Below, one piece after another: positions 49,519 through 59,477 of a DNA stretch of 64,000 nucleotides. The DNA is from Candidatus Parcubacteria bacterium (GTDB lineage: Bacteria; Patescibacteriota; Patescibacteriia; Patescibacteriales; UBA12465), in the NCBI GenBank assembly GCA_037076615.1, contig AP029158.1:397337-461336 (forward strand), in the 5' to 3' direction. The stretch's first letter is position 1. Each line of letters opens with the position of its first letter. The notes below the pieces were generated by a model. The model was given only the letters and a program-made list of their open reading frames with translations. It did no database searches and was not told where the DNA came from. The translations under genes were made by a program, and so were the position numbers.

Positions 49519-50343
49519 TTATTTTTTCTTAGTTTTCTTAGGAGCGGCACTCTTTTTTTCAGTCACCGGCTCAACTTCTTCCTCCACCACCTCAGTTACT
49601 ACTGAGTCATCTTCTTCAAGAGCAGGTTCTTCTTTCGGGGCTTCGTCGGAAGGCTCTTCTTTAGCGATTAGGGAGGAAAACTGATCAACTAAAATTTGCA
49701 CGGATTGCTCAAATGCTTCTTGAGGCGTAATGGTTTTATCCGTCTTAATATTTAAAATTAGTTTATCCCAGTTAGTCATTTTTCCAACCCGAGCGTCTTC
49801 AACATCAATACTAACCGATAAGACTGGCGAAAAAATGGAATCGATTTCAATATAACCGATTTCGTTATCGCGCTTACCACCCTCAGACATCTTATAACCG
49901 CGACCTTCTTTAACAAAAATCTCCATCTCTAAACTAGCATTATCCTCAGTTAACTCAGCTAACAATAAGTCTGGGTTAACAACAACAATATTAGTATCCT
50001 TAGTAATATCAGCAGCCGTAACCTTTCCTTTGCCTTTTGCTTTTAAAATCAGTGTCCCCTCTTCTTCATCGCCAATCAGTTTAAGGCACAATTGCTTGAG
50101 ATTTAAAATAATTTCTAAAATATCTTCTTTAACCCCCGGCAAGGCCATGAATTCGTGGCTAACACCTTTAATTTTAACACCAATGACGGCGGCGCCCGGT
50201 AAAGAGGAAAGTAAAACGCGACGTAAAGGATTACCAAGGGTCATGCCGTATCCGGAGTATAACGGTTCAATAATAATCTGCCCCTCACCGGCGTCTTCGC
50301 CCGCTTTAAATTCTATCTTTTTAGGTAAAGCGATTTTTTGCAT
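49519..50343 (-). CDS. rpoA: RNA polymerase alpha subunit, C-terminal domain absent
   Basis: EPLYSGYGMTLGNPLRRVLLSSLPG, DSIFSPV; ends in an E/K-rich tail. Confidence 0.95.
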   Translation of the reverse strand: MQKIALPKKIEFKAGEDAGEGQIIIEPLYSGYGMTLGNPLRRVLLSSLPGAAVIGVKIKGVSHEFMALPGVKEDILEIILNLKQLCLKLIGDEEEGTLILKAKGKGKVTAADITKDTNIVVVNPDLLLAELTEDNASLEMEIFVKEGRGYKMSEGGKRDNEIGYIEIDSIFSPVLSVSIDVEDARVGKMTNWDKLILNIKTDKTITPQEAFEQSVQILVDQFSSLIAKEEPSDEAPKEEPALEEDDSVVTEVVEEEVEPVTEKKSAAPKKTKKK

Positions 50344-50399
50344 AGATGCTTGAGGCCGCAGTCAAACCGCTAAACAGCGGATCTCCTGACGACACTAAA

Positions 50400-51032
50400 T
50401 TATTTAGAATAATACTCAATAATAACCTGAACATTGAAATTAGCCGGTAAATCAGTATCGGCCGGTTCGTGTAGAACCTTCGCTGTTTTCTCAGCCTCAT
50501 TCCAATTTAACCAACTCGGACGTGAATCAACTTTACGCTCAAGCGCTTTTTTGAAAAAAGCATTTTTTAAGCTGCGCTCACGGATAGAAATCACATCCCC
50601 CTCCTTAACTTGGTAAGAAGGAATATCCACTTTTTTTCCATTAACTAATAAGTGGCCATGACCAACAATTTGGCGAGCTTCAAAACGAGAGACGGCAAAG
50701 CCTAAACGATAAACGGTATTATCCAAGCGCATCTCTAACATTTTTAAGAAATTCTTACCGGCATCGCCAGTCTTTTTCTTCGCCCGATCAAAAGTAATTC
50801 GGAATTGCTTTTCCATTACATTGTAATAGCGGCGCACTTTCTGTTTTTCGGCCAGCTGCTGTCCATAGTCGGATAAACGACGAGGACGCTTAGTGTTAGC
50901 GCCGTGAAATCCAGGTGGGGTCGCGCGCTTAACCATTGCGCATTTAGGAGATGAGCAGCGTTCGCCTTTTAAGAAAAGCTTCTCGCCAGCGCGACGGCAT
51001 TGTTTGCATTGAGCATCAAGGTTTGTAGCCAT
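50400..51032 (-). CDS. rpsD: 30S ribosomal protein S4
   Basis: CKQCRR..EKLFLKG.RC, LEMRLDN, IEYYSK. Confidence 0.97.
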   Translation of the reverse strand: MATNLDAQCKQCRRAGEKLFLKGERCSSPKCAMVKRATPPGFHGANTKRPRRLSDYGQQLAEKQKVRRYYNVMEKQFRITFDRAKKKTGDAGKNFLKMLEMRLDNTVYRLGFAVSRFEARQIVGHGHLLVNGKKVDIPSYQVKEGDVISIRERSLKNAFFKKALERKVDSRPSWLNWNEAEKTAKVLHEPADTDLPANFNVQVIIEYYSK

Positions 51033-51056
51033 ATTAAATCAAGATCATTTTAATTA

Positions 51057-51671
51057 TTAAACGCGACGCGGCTTTTTCGGACGGCAACCATTATGCGGTA
51101 CCGGCGTCGTATCTTTAATTGCGGTGACATTTAAGCCATTAGCATTTAAGGCGCGAATCGCGGACTCGCGACCGGTGCCCACACCGGAAACAAAGACGGA
51201 CACTTCTTCTAAACCGTATTCTTCTTTCGCTTTTTGACAAGCAATTTTTGTAATAATTGAAGCGGCGTAAGGAGTTGCTTTTTTAGCACCCTTAAACCCG
51301 GCCACCCCCGCGCTCGCCCAGGAAATAACATTACCGTTCGCATCAGTTAAAGAAACCATGGTGTTGTTGTAAGTGGCATTGATATAAGCGCGGCCCACCT
51401 TAACCGAATCAACTGTACTCTTCTTTCTGCGCTTTTTAATCAATTTTTTCTTCGCTCGAGCCTGCTTATTTTTTTCCAGTTTCTGCTTAATTTCTTCCGG
51501 CAACTCTTCCGAGCCGCTATCCATAGAAAAATTAGAAGAAAATTCTTCCTTTTCCTCTTTATCGGTTAAAATCGCGTCTTCCTCTTCAGTGATCGGAGTG
51601 GCGCTGATATCTTTTTCCTCTTCTGCCGCTGCCTCATTATCGGCAGCTTTTGTGTTTTTTTCGTCAGACAT
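51057..51671 (-). CDS. rpsK: 30S ribosomal protein S11 with long N-terminal extension
   Basis: TYNNT, KATPYAA, PHNGCRP. Confidence 0.97.
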   Translation of the reverse strand: MSDEKNTKAADNEAAAEEEKDISATPITEEEDAILTDKEEKEEFSSNFSMDSGSEELPEEIKQKLEKNKQARAKKKLIKKRRKKSTVDSVKVGRAYINATYNNTMVSLTDANGNVISWASAGVAGFKGAKKATPYAASIITKIACQKAKEEYGLEEVSVFVSGVGTGRESAIRALNANGLNVTAIKDTTPVPHNGCRPKKPRRV

Positions 51672-51712
51672 AATTAACAATGTTTTTCTTTAAAAAGGAG
51701 ATAATTTAAAGT

Positions 51713-52105
51713 TTAGGTCTTAAGGCCAGCCTTAACTTTTCCAGAAACGGCAGTCATGCGCTTATTCCCGCGCACGGTTCGACTATTAGTCTTGGTTCTC
51801 TGCCCTCGCAGTGGCAAGTGCTTAGCATGGCGGCTGCCCCGATAAGAATTAATTTCTTTTAAACGCTTGATATTGCTTTGGGTTTCGCGACGTAAATCGC
51901 CTTCAACGACAAACTTTTTTTCCACCCGTTCGCGTAAATCATTAACTTGATCTTCAGTTAACTCATTTGCTCTTAACTCCGGATCAACCTTAGCGTCTGC
52001 TAAAATATTTTGGGCGCGCGTGTCGCCAATACCGTAAATATAAGTTAAAGATATTCTAATCTTTTTTTCCATGGGAATGTTTACCCCTGCGATTCTAATA
52101 GCCAT
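51713..52105 (-). CDS. rpsM: 30S ribosomal protein S13
   Basis: [21 protein letters not shown]. Confidence 0.97.
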   Translation of the reverse strand: MAIRIAGVNIPMEKKIRISLTYIYGIGDTRAQNILADAKVDPELRANELTEDQVNDLRERVEKKFVVEGDLRRETQSNIKRLKEINSYRGSRHAKHLPLRGQRTKTNSRTVRGNKRMTAVSGKVKAGLKT

Positions 52106-52144
52106 AAAATAATAAAAAAAAATTTCTAAGCGCTACTTAAGCGT

Positions 52145-52258
52145 TTAGCCTTGTCTCTGTTTATGTTTAGGGTTTTTACAGATAACATGAACCCGGCCAT
52201 CTCGACGGACAACCTTGCAGTCTTTGCAGATTTTTTTGGCACTTGCTCTCACTTTCAT
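52145..52258 (-). CDS. rpmJ: 50S ribosomal protein L36 (not in the ORF track)
   Basis: Manual translation [37 protein letters not shown]. Confidence 0.97.
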   Translation of the reverse strand: MKVRASAKKICKDCKVVRRDGRVHVICKNPKHKQRQG

Positions 52259-52282
52259 ATATCTTTTTGATGTTTTTAAAAT

Positions 52283-52543
52283 CTAGAGTCGGTAGACGAT
52301 TCGTCCTTTAGTTAAGTCATAAGGACTAATTTGAACCCTAACCTTGTCACCCGGCAACAAACGAATGCGGTGCATTCGCATCTTTCCGGACAAGTGGGCT
52401 AAGATTTCGTGACCATTTTCCAACAGCACCTTAAAAGTCGCTGCCGGCATTAATTCCTCCACCTCGCCTTGCAGCTCAATAAAGTCCTTGGCATTCATGG
52501 TCTCGGCCCCGATCTGAGATTTATCTTTGGTACGTTTTGACAT
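52283..52543 (-). CDS. infA: Translation initiation factor IF-1
   Basis: [14 protein letters not shown]...GD.V...[10 protein letters not shown]. Confidence 0.97.
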   Translation of the reverse strand: MSKRTKDKSQIGAETMNAKDFIELQGEVEELMPAATFKVLLENGHEILAHLSGKMRMHRIRLLPGDKVRVQISPYDLTKGRIVYRL

Positions 52544-52629
52544 TAAGACAAAAAAAATTTGATTAGACTGATGTCAGCCTCATCAATTCTTCATATTAAC
52601 TTATTTATTTGACAGGTTAATATGGACTT

Positions 52630-52658
52630 ATTATAGAGATAAGTTCTGTTCTTGTCAA
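52630..52658 (-). promoter_or_regulatory. Consensus sigma70 promoter of the infA-alpha operon
   Basis: Perfect TTGACA-17-TATAAT. Confidence 0.85.
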
Positions 52659-52701
52659 TAGAAAATATTTTTTGGGAAATAATAAACGAAAAATACTAAT
52701 T

Positions 52702-54552
52702 TTACTCTAAAATTGCTTTAATTCGGCGCACCCCCGCACTGGAGGATTCTTCTTTAATAATTCTAAAGTGACCCAATTCTTTAGTATTATCAACATGAGG
52801 GCCGCCACAAATTTCTTTAGAAAAATCAGTGACTTGATAAACCCGCACCTTCTCATTATATTTGGAATCGAAAACTCCCATCGCTCCCTGCTCTCGCGCT
52901 TCTTCTAAGGTCATCTCTGAATAAGTAACCGGTAACTCTTGAACAATGGCCTGGTTAACCAGTTCCTCAACCTTAGCAATCTCCTCCGGAGTCATCTTAA
53001 CCGAATGGGAAAAATCAAAGCGCAAACGCTCCGCCGTAATATTACTCCCTTTTTGGAAGACCTCCGGACCTAAAACACGCCGTAAAGATTCAAGGAGTAA
53101 ATGGGCGGCCGTATGCAAACGAGTTGTAGCCTCACTACTGTCGGCCAAACCGCCTTTAAACTTACCGGCCGAAGCGGTACGAGATAATTCTTGATGCTTA
53201 GCAAACTCGGCCGCAAAACCAGCCTGATCAACTTTTAAGCCCTTCTCGGCCGCCAACTCTTCAGTAATTTCTAAAGGAAAACCATAGCTTTGGTAAAGAT
53301 TAAAAGCCGTCTCTCCAGAAATTTCTTTAGTTTTTATTTTATTAAACTCTACTAGACCTTTTTCTAAAGTGCGCTTAAACTTCGCTTCCTCTTGATTAAG
53401 TGTTTCTTTAATGAAATCTTGATTGCGCCGCAATTCCGGATAAACATCACCGTAGTAAGAAATCACCTCAGCGGCGAGTAAAGCCAACCAATCATCTTCA
53501 GTAATATTTAATTGGCGACCATAACGAATCGCTCGTCTCAGTAAACGTCTCACGATATAACCTTGGTCGGTGTTAGCCGGGACGAGACCGCGATCATCAC
53601 CAACAATAAAAGTCGCCGCTTTAACATGGTCGGCAATAATTTCAAAAGCTTTAGCATTATCACCAGCCTGGTAGTCCAATCCGGAAAGCGTACTGATTTT
53701 AGCAATAATTGACGCAAATAAATCGGTTTCAAAAACACTGTCGTGACCGCTAACCACCATCGCTAAGCGTTCCAAGCCGCCACCAAAATCCACATTTTTA
53801 TGAGCCAATTCTTCCCAACCGGTTTTAGTTTGGCGATATTGCATAAAGACCGAATTGCCAATCTCTAAGAAACGACCACAATCGCAATTGGGGTGACAGG
53901 AAGGACCAAAGGCGGAATCATGAGGGCGACCGGTATCATAAAAAGTTTCACTATCGGGACCGCCTAGCTCACCAACGGCATCGCCGCGGCGCCAAAAATT
54001 CTTATCGCGGTAAGCAAAAATTCTTTGTTTAGAAAAATCTAATTCTACTCCCGGACCATCTTCACCGCGCCCTAAAGTATCAGGACCGAGCTCGGCCTCA
54101 ACATTAAAACGCGCAAAAACCTCCTGAAGAATTGCGACTGACTCCTGATCGCGTGGAATCTGACCATCAGCACTACCAACATAAACAGTTTGATAAAGAC
54201 GCTTGGGATCAAGGTGCAGTTCGGTAATTAAAAAATCAAACCACCAGTTTAACTGCTCTTTTTTAAAATAATCACCCAAAGACCAATTGCCTAACATCTC
54301 AAAAAAAGTATTGTGGCGATGATCGCCAACCTCATTAATATCTTCACTGCGAAAACATTTCTGGCTATTGGTTAAGCGCGGGCCGGCCGGATGAGGGGCC
54401 CCCGCTAAATAAGAAACCAGCGGAAACATGCCCGAATTGGTAAAGAGTAAAGTGGAATCATTTTCCGGCAACAAAGACGCGCTCGGTAAAACGGTGTGGC
54501 CGTGAGCGCTAAAAAAATCTAAATATTTTTGGCGAATATAGTTAGCTGTCAT
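52702..54552 (-). CDS. alaS: Alanine--tRNA ligase (short form)
   Basis: LLFTNSGM, HNTFFEMLGN, GGGLER, HTAAHLL, CGGPH. Confidence 0.96.
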   Translation of the reverse strand: MTANYIRQKYLDFFSAHGHTVLPSASLLPENDSTLLFTNSGMFPLVSYLAGAPHPAGPRLTNSQKCFRSEDINEVGDHRHNTFFEMLGNWSLGDYFKKEQLNWWFDFLITELHLDPKRLYQTVYVGSADGQIPRDQESVAILQEVFARFNVEAELGPDTLGRGEDGPGVELDFSKQRIFAYRDKNFWRRGDAVGELGGPDSETFYDTGRPHDSAFGPSCHPNCDCGRFLEIGNSVFMQYRQTKTGWEELAHKNVDFGGGLERLAMVVSGHDSVFETDLFASIIAKISTLSGLDYQAGDNAKAFEIIADHVKAATFIVGDDRGLVPANTDQGYIVRRLLRRAIRYGRQLNITEDDWLALLAAEVISYYGDVYPELRRNQDFIKETLNQEEAKFKRTLEKGLVEFNKIKTKEISGETAFNLYQSYGFPLEITEELAAEKGLKVDQAGFAAEFAKHQELSRTASAGKFKGGLADSSEATTRLHTAAHLLLESLRRVLGPEVFQKGSNITAERLRFDFSHSVKMTPEEIAKVEELVNQAIVQELPVTYSEMTLEEAREQGAMGVFDSKYNEKVRVYQVTDFSKEICGGPHVDNTKELGHFRIIKEESSSAGVRRIKAILE

Positions 54553-54558
54553 AAAAAA

Positions 54559-55599
54559 TTATTTCTTAGGGAGCGGAGGGATAATATTAACTTCTGGCTC
54601 TAAGGTCAAGCCGAAACGATTCTGAACTCCTTTTATTACTCGTTTTACCTGTGTCAAAACTTGAGCGGCGCTAGCCCCGCCGTAATTTACTAAAATTAAA
54701 GCCTGTTTTTCATACATCCCCACCGCCCCAAAACGCTTTCCCTTAAAACCAGCCTGATCTATTAACCAGCCGGCCGGGATTTTGATGGCGCCAGGCTTGG
54801 AGCCGGAGAAATATTTAATTTCCGGCCACCGCTTTTGAATTTTTTTAAATTTGGCGGCGGAAATTTCAGGATTTTTAAAGAAGGAACCAGCATTGGGTAA
54901 AACGGCTGGCGTCGGCAACTTACTGGCGCGCAGCTCGGTGACCGCTCTGGCCACTTGCCGCGCGGTTGGCGTCTTTATTTTTTTCGCTGCCAGAATTTCT
55001 TTAATACCACCGTAATCTAAATTTAACCGTGGTTCTTTGCTTAACTTCACGGTGACACGATAAATAAAATATTTTCCTCTTAAAGATTTCTTAAAGATGC
55101 TATCGCGGTAACCAAACTGACAATTAGCGGCCTTAAAAACTTTAAGTTGCCCCGTTTTTAAATTGATCGCTTCTAAAGAATAAAAAATATCTTTTAACTC
55201 CTGACCGTAAGCACCGATATTTTGTACCGGCGCGGCGCCGACGGTGCCGTAAATAGAGGCGAGATTCTCTAAGCCATACCAATCATGAGAAACGGCAGTG
55301 TCCACAAATTTTTGCCAAGTCTCACCACTGTAAGCGGCAAGCCAAACTGACTTAGCGCTTTCTTTAACAATCTCAGCACCACTAATTTCATTTTTGATGA
55401 CTAGGCCGGGAAAAGGCTGGCTAATTAAGACGTTAGAGCCACCCCCTAAAATAAAGACTTTCTCTTTTTTTTCTTTAGCCCAGGTCAAAGCTTCTTTAAG
55501 ATCTGCTAAGCTTTTTACCACTACAAAGAAACGCGCCGGACCACCAATTTTTAAAGTGGTGTAAGGAGCGAGCGCGACTCGCTGCTGAATTTTAATCAT
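54559..55599 (-). CDS. murB: UDP-N-acetylmuramate dehydrogenase
   Basis: GGGSN, APVQNIGAYG, NAGSFFKNP, LEPEV. Confidence 0.96.
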   Translation of the reverse strand: MIKIQQRVALAPYTTLKIGGPARFFVVVKSLADLKEALTWAKEKKEKVFILGGGSNVLISQPFPGLVIKNEISGAEIVKESAKSVWLAAYSGETWQKFVDTAVSHDWYGLENLASIYGTVGAAPVQNIGAYGQELKDIFYSLEAINLKTGQLKVFKAANCQFGYRDSIFKKSLRGKYFIYRVTVKLSKEPRLNLDYGGIKEILAAKKIKTPTARQVARAVTELRASKLPTPAVLPNAGSFFKNPEISAAKFKKIQKRWPEIKYFSGSKPGAIKIPAGWLIDQAGFKGKRFGAVGMYEKQALILVNYGGASAAQVLTQVKRVIKGVQNRFGLTLEPEVNIIPPLPKK

Positions 55600-56879
55600 A
55601 TAAACTCACTAAGGGCTTGGCGCTTTTGTTCGCCACTAACCATATCTTTCACCGAGACCTCCTCGGCCGCTAATTCTTCCTCCCCTAAGAGATAAACTGT
55701 TTTCACTGACCAGTGATTAGCGAGCGCCAATTTCTTTTTTAATTTTTCCGACTCATAGGCGCCGGCGACACTTAGACCACGACGACGCAGACTGTCAGCT
55801 AACTGCTCGCCACGCTGGCGATCATCACTAATCACTAAAGCCTCCGCCACGGGCGGCGTGATTTCCGGTAAAAGTCCAGCAGTTTTTAATTGATAAAAAA
55901 GACGCGACAGGCCGATTGAAGCCCCGACGCCAGGGAAAGCACGGTTAGAAAAGCCGGCCACTAAGTTTTCATAGCGGCCGCCCGAACAAATAGAACCGAG
56001 CTCCGGATAGTCGTCTAAAAATGTTTCCCAAACAGTGCCGGTGTAATAATCTAAACCGCGAGCAATAGAGAGATCAAAAGAATAATTAGCGGCGGGAACC
56101 CCGTAATCACTTAAACATTGCGCCAGCTCTTGAAGCTCGCCCAAGCCGACCACAAAGTCCGGATGCTTAATGTCTAATTCTTCCAAGCCCGCTAAAACGT
56201 CGCCGTTAAGAGAGGCAAGGGCGAGAATTTGTGAGCTCGCCAAAGAGTCAACGCCTAACTTTTTTAATTCGGCCTGGCAAGACTCAGCACCAATCTTGGG
56301 CAGCTTATCTAAAATTCTTAAAATTTCGGTCGCCGCCGCGCTTAAATCTAAAGACGCCAGTAGCCCTGACAACAATTTGCGATTACTAATTTTAATCGTA
56401 AACGAACCAATGGCTAACTTCTCAAAAACCGTCGCAATCACTTTAATAATTTCCGCTTCGGCGCTAAGCGGCAAAACACCCTCGGCAATAATATCAATAT
56501 CGGCTTGATAGAATTCGCGATAGCGACCTTTCTGCGGACGCTCACCGCGATAAACCTTAGCTACCTGATAACGTTTAAAGGGAAAAGTTAACGCCCCGCT
56601 GTACTCACTAATATAACGCGCGAGTGGAACAGTCAGATCAAAACGAAGGGCTAAGTTGTCACTGTTATTTTCTAAAAAATAAAGCTGATGCTCCGTTTCT
56701 CCGCCAGCCTTAGCCAGTAAGACTTCACGGCGCTCCAAAACGGGGGTATCTAAGGGGATAAAACCAAAAGAGCGATAGGTTGCTGTGACCGTTTGTTTTA
56801 ACTGATCAAGTAGAAGCTGATCCGCCGGTAAATACTCGGGGAAACCAGAAACAGCGCTTGTTTTTATTTTTTTATTCAT
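55596..56879 (-). CDS. hisS: Histidine--tRNA ligase
   Basis: LRFDLTVP, RPQKGRYREF, RGLDYYTG. Confidence 0.97.
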   Translation of the reverse strand: MNKKIKTSAVSGFPEYLPADQLLLDQLKQTVTATYRSFGFIPLDTPVLERREVLLAKAGGETEHQLYFLENNSDNLALRFDLTVPLARYISEYSGALTFPFKRYQVAKVYRGERPQKGRYREFYQADIDIIAEGVLPLSAEAEIIKVIATVFEKLAIGSFTIKISNRKLLSGLLASLDLSAAATEILRILDKLPKIGAESCQAELKKLGVDSLASSQILALASLNGDVLAGLEELDIKHPDFVVGLGELQELAQCLSDYGVPAANYSFDLSIARGLDYYTGTVWETFLDDYPELGSICSGGRYENLVAGFSNRAFPGVGASIGLSRLFYQLKTAGLLPEITPPVAEALVISDDRQRGEQLADSLRRRGLSVAGAYESEKLKKKLALANHWSVKTVYLLGEEELAAEEVSVKDMVSGEQKRQALSEFI

Positions 56880-56926
56880 ATAAGAGCATTAAACCAAAAG
56901 AGCGACGAAGTGTAAACCTTAAAGTT

Positions 56927-58369
56927 TTATTTTTTCTCGACCGTCGTTCGAGTTTTTTTCACTAAATTCTGACCGACGCGGAAAATATCACCGGCGCCCA
57001 AAAGAACCACTAAGTCATTAGGTTTGAGATTAGCGCGCAAATATTTTTCGGTCGCTTCAAGGTCGGGTTGGTAAATAACCGTTTGGCGGCGGCCGGTGGT
57101 TTTATTAACTTCTTTAATCGCCTCAATCAGCTCCGGACTAGAAACACCACCCTGCTCCTCGCGGGCCGAACCGTAAATATCTAAAACAACTAATAAATCG
57201 GCGTCGGCAAAACTGAGCGCAAAATCCTTAAACAAGGCCTTGGTGCGTGAAAAAGTATGCGGGTGAAAAGCAGCCACTAAGCGCTTGTCCTTATAAGCGG
57301 CGGCGAAAGTGCTAAGCGTGGCTTTAATTTCGGTCGGATGGTGGGCGTAATCATCAAAAATCGGCACACCTTGATATTTGCCCAAGAGTTGCGCCCGTCT
57401 GGTTGTGCCTTTAAATGTCGCTAAATGTTTTTTAATTACCTCTAGCGGGAGTTCTAATTCTAAGGCGGCACCGATAACCGCGAGCGCATTAAAAACATTG
57501 TGTCGGCCCAACAGTTTGGTTTTAAATTCACCCTGACCGCAAATTTTAAAATACTGCCAGCCGTTATCTAGGCGATAATCATAAGCGGCCAGGCGTACTC
57601 GTTTGGCCGCTGCCTTGGCTGAGGCCTCATCGACAAATAAATTATAATTCACCAGCTTCCCTTTTAAATAAGGATAAGTCCGGCGAACCGCGGAATCGTT
57701 ATCATTGGTAACCAAGAACCCGCGCGTCGGAATTTTGGCGACAAAATTAGCAAAGACCTGAAAATAAGAAGATTTAGTCGGAAAAAAATCGGGGTGATCG
57801 TAGTCAATATTACTAAGCACCGCGCCCACCGGCTGGAAATATTGTAATTTATTTTGATACTCATCAACTTCGGCAATAAATAAATCACTCTTCCCTAACT
57901 TCGCGCTCCCGCCTAGTTGCGGCACACTGGAGCCCACTAAAATACTGGGCTCTAAGCCAGCCTTATCTAAAACATAACCGAGCCAAGCCGAGATGGTCGT
58001 TTTGCCATGACTACCGATAACCGCCATACCGTGATGCGCACTAAAAATTTCTCCTAAAGCCGCGGCATAAGAAAGTTGTTTATAATCATGTTTTTTCTCC
58101 AGAAAAGCTAACTCAATATTACTCTCCGGCGTGTAAGCCGACGAATAGATAATCGTAGTATTCGAGCTGGGAACATTTTTCGGATCAAAACCGGAGCGAA
58201 CTTTAATTTTTGCTTGACGCAAAACCCTGTCGGTTAAAAAAGTCTCAGCAACATCCGAGCCGGACACTTTCGCTCCCGAGGCTTGCAAAAATTGCGCTAG
58301 CATTGTCATCCCCACCCCCTTGATACCGATTAGATAAACATTTTTATATTTCGCCGGTAGTTTAAACAT
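56927..58369 (-). CDS. murC: UDP-N-acetylmuramate--L-alanine ligase
   Basis: GIKGVGM, GSHGKTT, DDYAHHPTE, PHTFSRT. Confidence 0.95.
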   Translation of the reverse strand: MFKLPAKYKNVYLIGIKGVGMTMLAQFLQASGAKVSGSDVAETFLTDRVLRQAKIKVRSGFDPKNVPSSNTTIIYSSAYTPESNIELAFLEKKHDYKQLSYAAALGEIFSAHHGMAVIGSHGKTTISAWLGYVLDKAGLEPSILVGSSVPQLGGSAKLGKSDLFIAEVDEYQNKLQYFQPVGAVLSNIDYDHPDFFPTKSSYFQVFANFVAKIPTRGFLVTNDNDSAVRRTYPYLKGKLVNYNLFVDEASAKAAAKRVRLAAYDYRLDNGWQYFKICGQGEFKTKLLGRHNVFNALAVIGAALELELPLEVIKKHLATFKGTTRRAQLLGKYQGVPIFDDYAHHPTEIKATLSTFAAAYKDKRLVAAFHPHTFSRTKALFKDFALSFADADLLVVLDIYGSAREEQGGVSSPELIEAIKEVNKTTGRRQTVIYQPDLEATEKYLRANLKPNDLVVLLGAGDIFRVGQNLVKKTRTTVEKK

Positions 58370-58381
58370 ATGATCTTTAAG

Positions 58382-59473
58382 TTAATTTCGATTCTCTTGT
58401 TCCCAAGTTAAAATAATTTCGGCTAGGGTCGCCGCCGCCCCTGGTTTAATAAATTCACCTATTTCTCGAGACAAGGCCGCCCGGGTTTCATCTTGAGTCA
58501 ATAAACGATGAACAGTTGGTACTAAAGACTCCGCCAGTTCTTCTTGACTTAAAACCCAAGCCGCTCCGGCCGCCCGGGCCGCTTCGGCATTTTTCTCTTG
58601 ATGGGTTTTGGGCATCGGAATTAGCAAGCTGACTTTTTTTAAAGCGGCGAGCTCCGTTAAAGTTCCTAGTCCTGGACGCGCAATTACTAAGTCGGCGGCC
58701 GCCAGTAAAGACCAAAGCTCTTGATGACTAACAAATTCTTGCTGGTAATAACCCGATGCCTGTTGAGTAATTGTCTTGCCCCGACCAGTTAAATGAATTA
58801 TTTGTCCCTTCTCCAAGAGTGCCGGTAATTTAGCCACCGCCGCCTCATTGATCGCGGCGGCGCCGGTACCGCCACCAAAAACTAAAATTAAAGGCCGAGC
58901 CAGACTAAAATTGTAACGCGCAAAAACAATTTCTTTTTTTTCTAAAGGAGGGATGGAATAAGGATTGCCAACTAAAAGAGCGCGCGAACCATAGTCTTTA
59001 ATCGAGTCGGCAAAAGTAACTGTAATCTGTCGCGCCGCCGGGGCCATTAATTTATTAGCCAGGCCAGCTTGTAAATCTTGTTGATGAATCAAAACGGGAA
59101 TCCTTAGAATTCGCGCCGCCCAAACTAAAGGGACGCTCACAAAAGAGCCGGCACTTACCACCGCCGCTGGCTTCAAACGCCCCAACAGCAGGAAGGAGCG
59201 AAAAAAGGCCCAAATAATAACAAAAATATCTAGAAAATTTTGCCAGGAAAAATAACGACGCCACTTGCCCGCCGGTAAAAAACTAAAAGAAATCGGCAAG
59301 TCTTTGGCGGCCTCAGCCACCAAAAGTTTTTCCGGACCCGATTTAGTGCCGACAAAAGAAAAGCTCCAATCCGGGCGCCGGCGAAAGATTTCCTTGGCGA
59401 CAGCCAGTAAAGGGGTCACGCTGCCACCAGTACCACCACCGGAAAATAAAATTATCGCCTGTTTATTGTTCAT
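58382..59473 (-). CDS. murG: MurG glycosyltransferase
   Basis: GGGTGG, GGGTGA, HQEKNA. Confidence 0.93.
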   Translation of the reverse strand: MNNKQAIILFSGGGTGGSVTPLLAVAKEIFRRRPDWSFSFVGTKSGPEKLLVAEAAKDLPISFSFLPAGKWRRYFSWQNFLDIFVIIWAFFRSFLLLGRLKPAAVVSAGSFVSVPLVWAARILRIPVLIHQQDLQAGLANKLMAPAARQITVTFADSIKDYGSRALLVGNPYSIPPLEKKEIVFARYNFSLARPLILVFGGGTGAAAINEAAVAKLPALLEKGQIIHLTGRGKTITQQASGYYQQEFVSHQELWSLLAAADLVIARPGLGTLTELAALKKVSLLIPMPKTHQEKNAEAARAAGAAWVLSQEELAESLVPTVHRLLTQDETRAALSREIGEFIKPGAAATLAEIILTWEQENRN

Positions 59474-59477
59474 AAAA

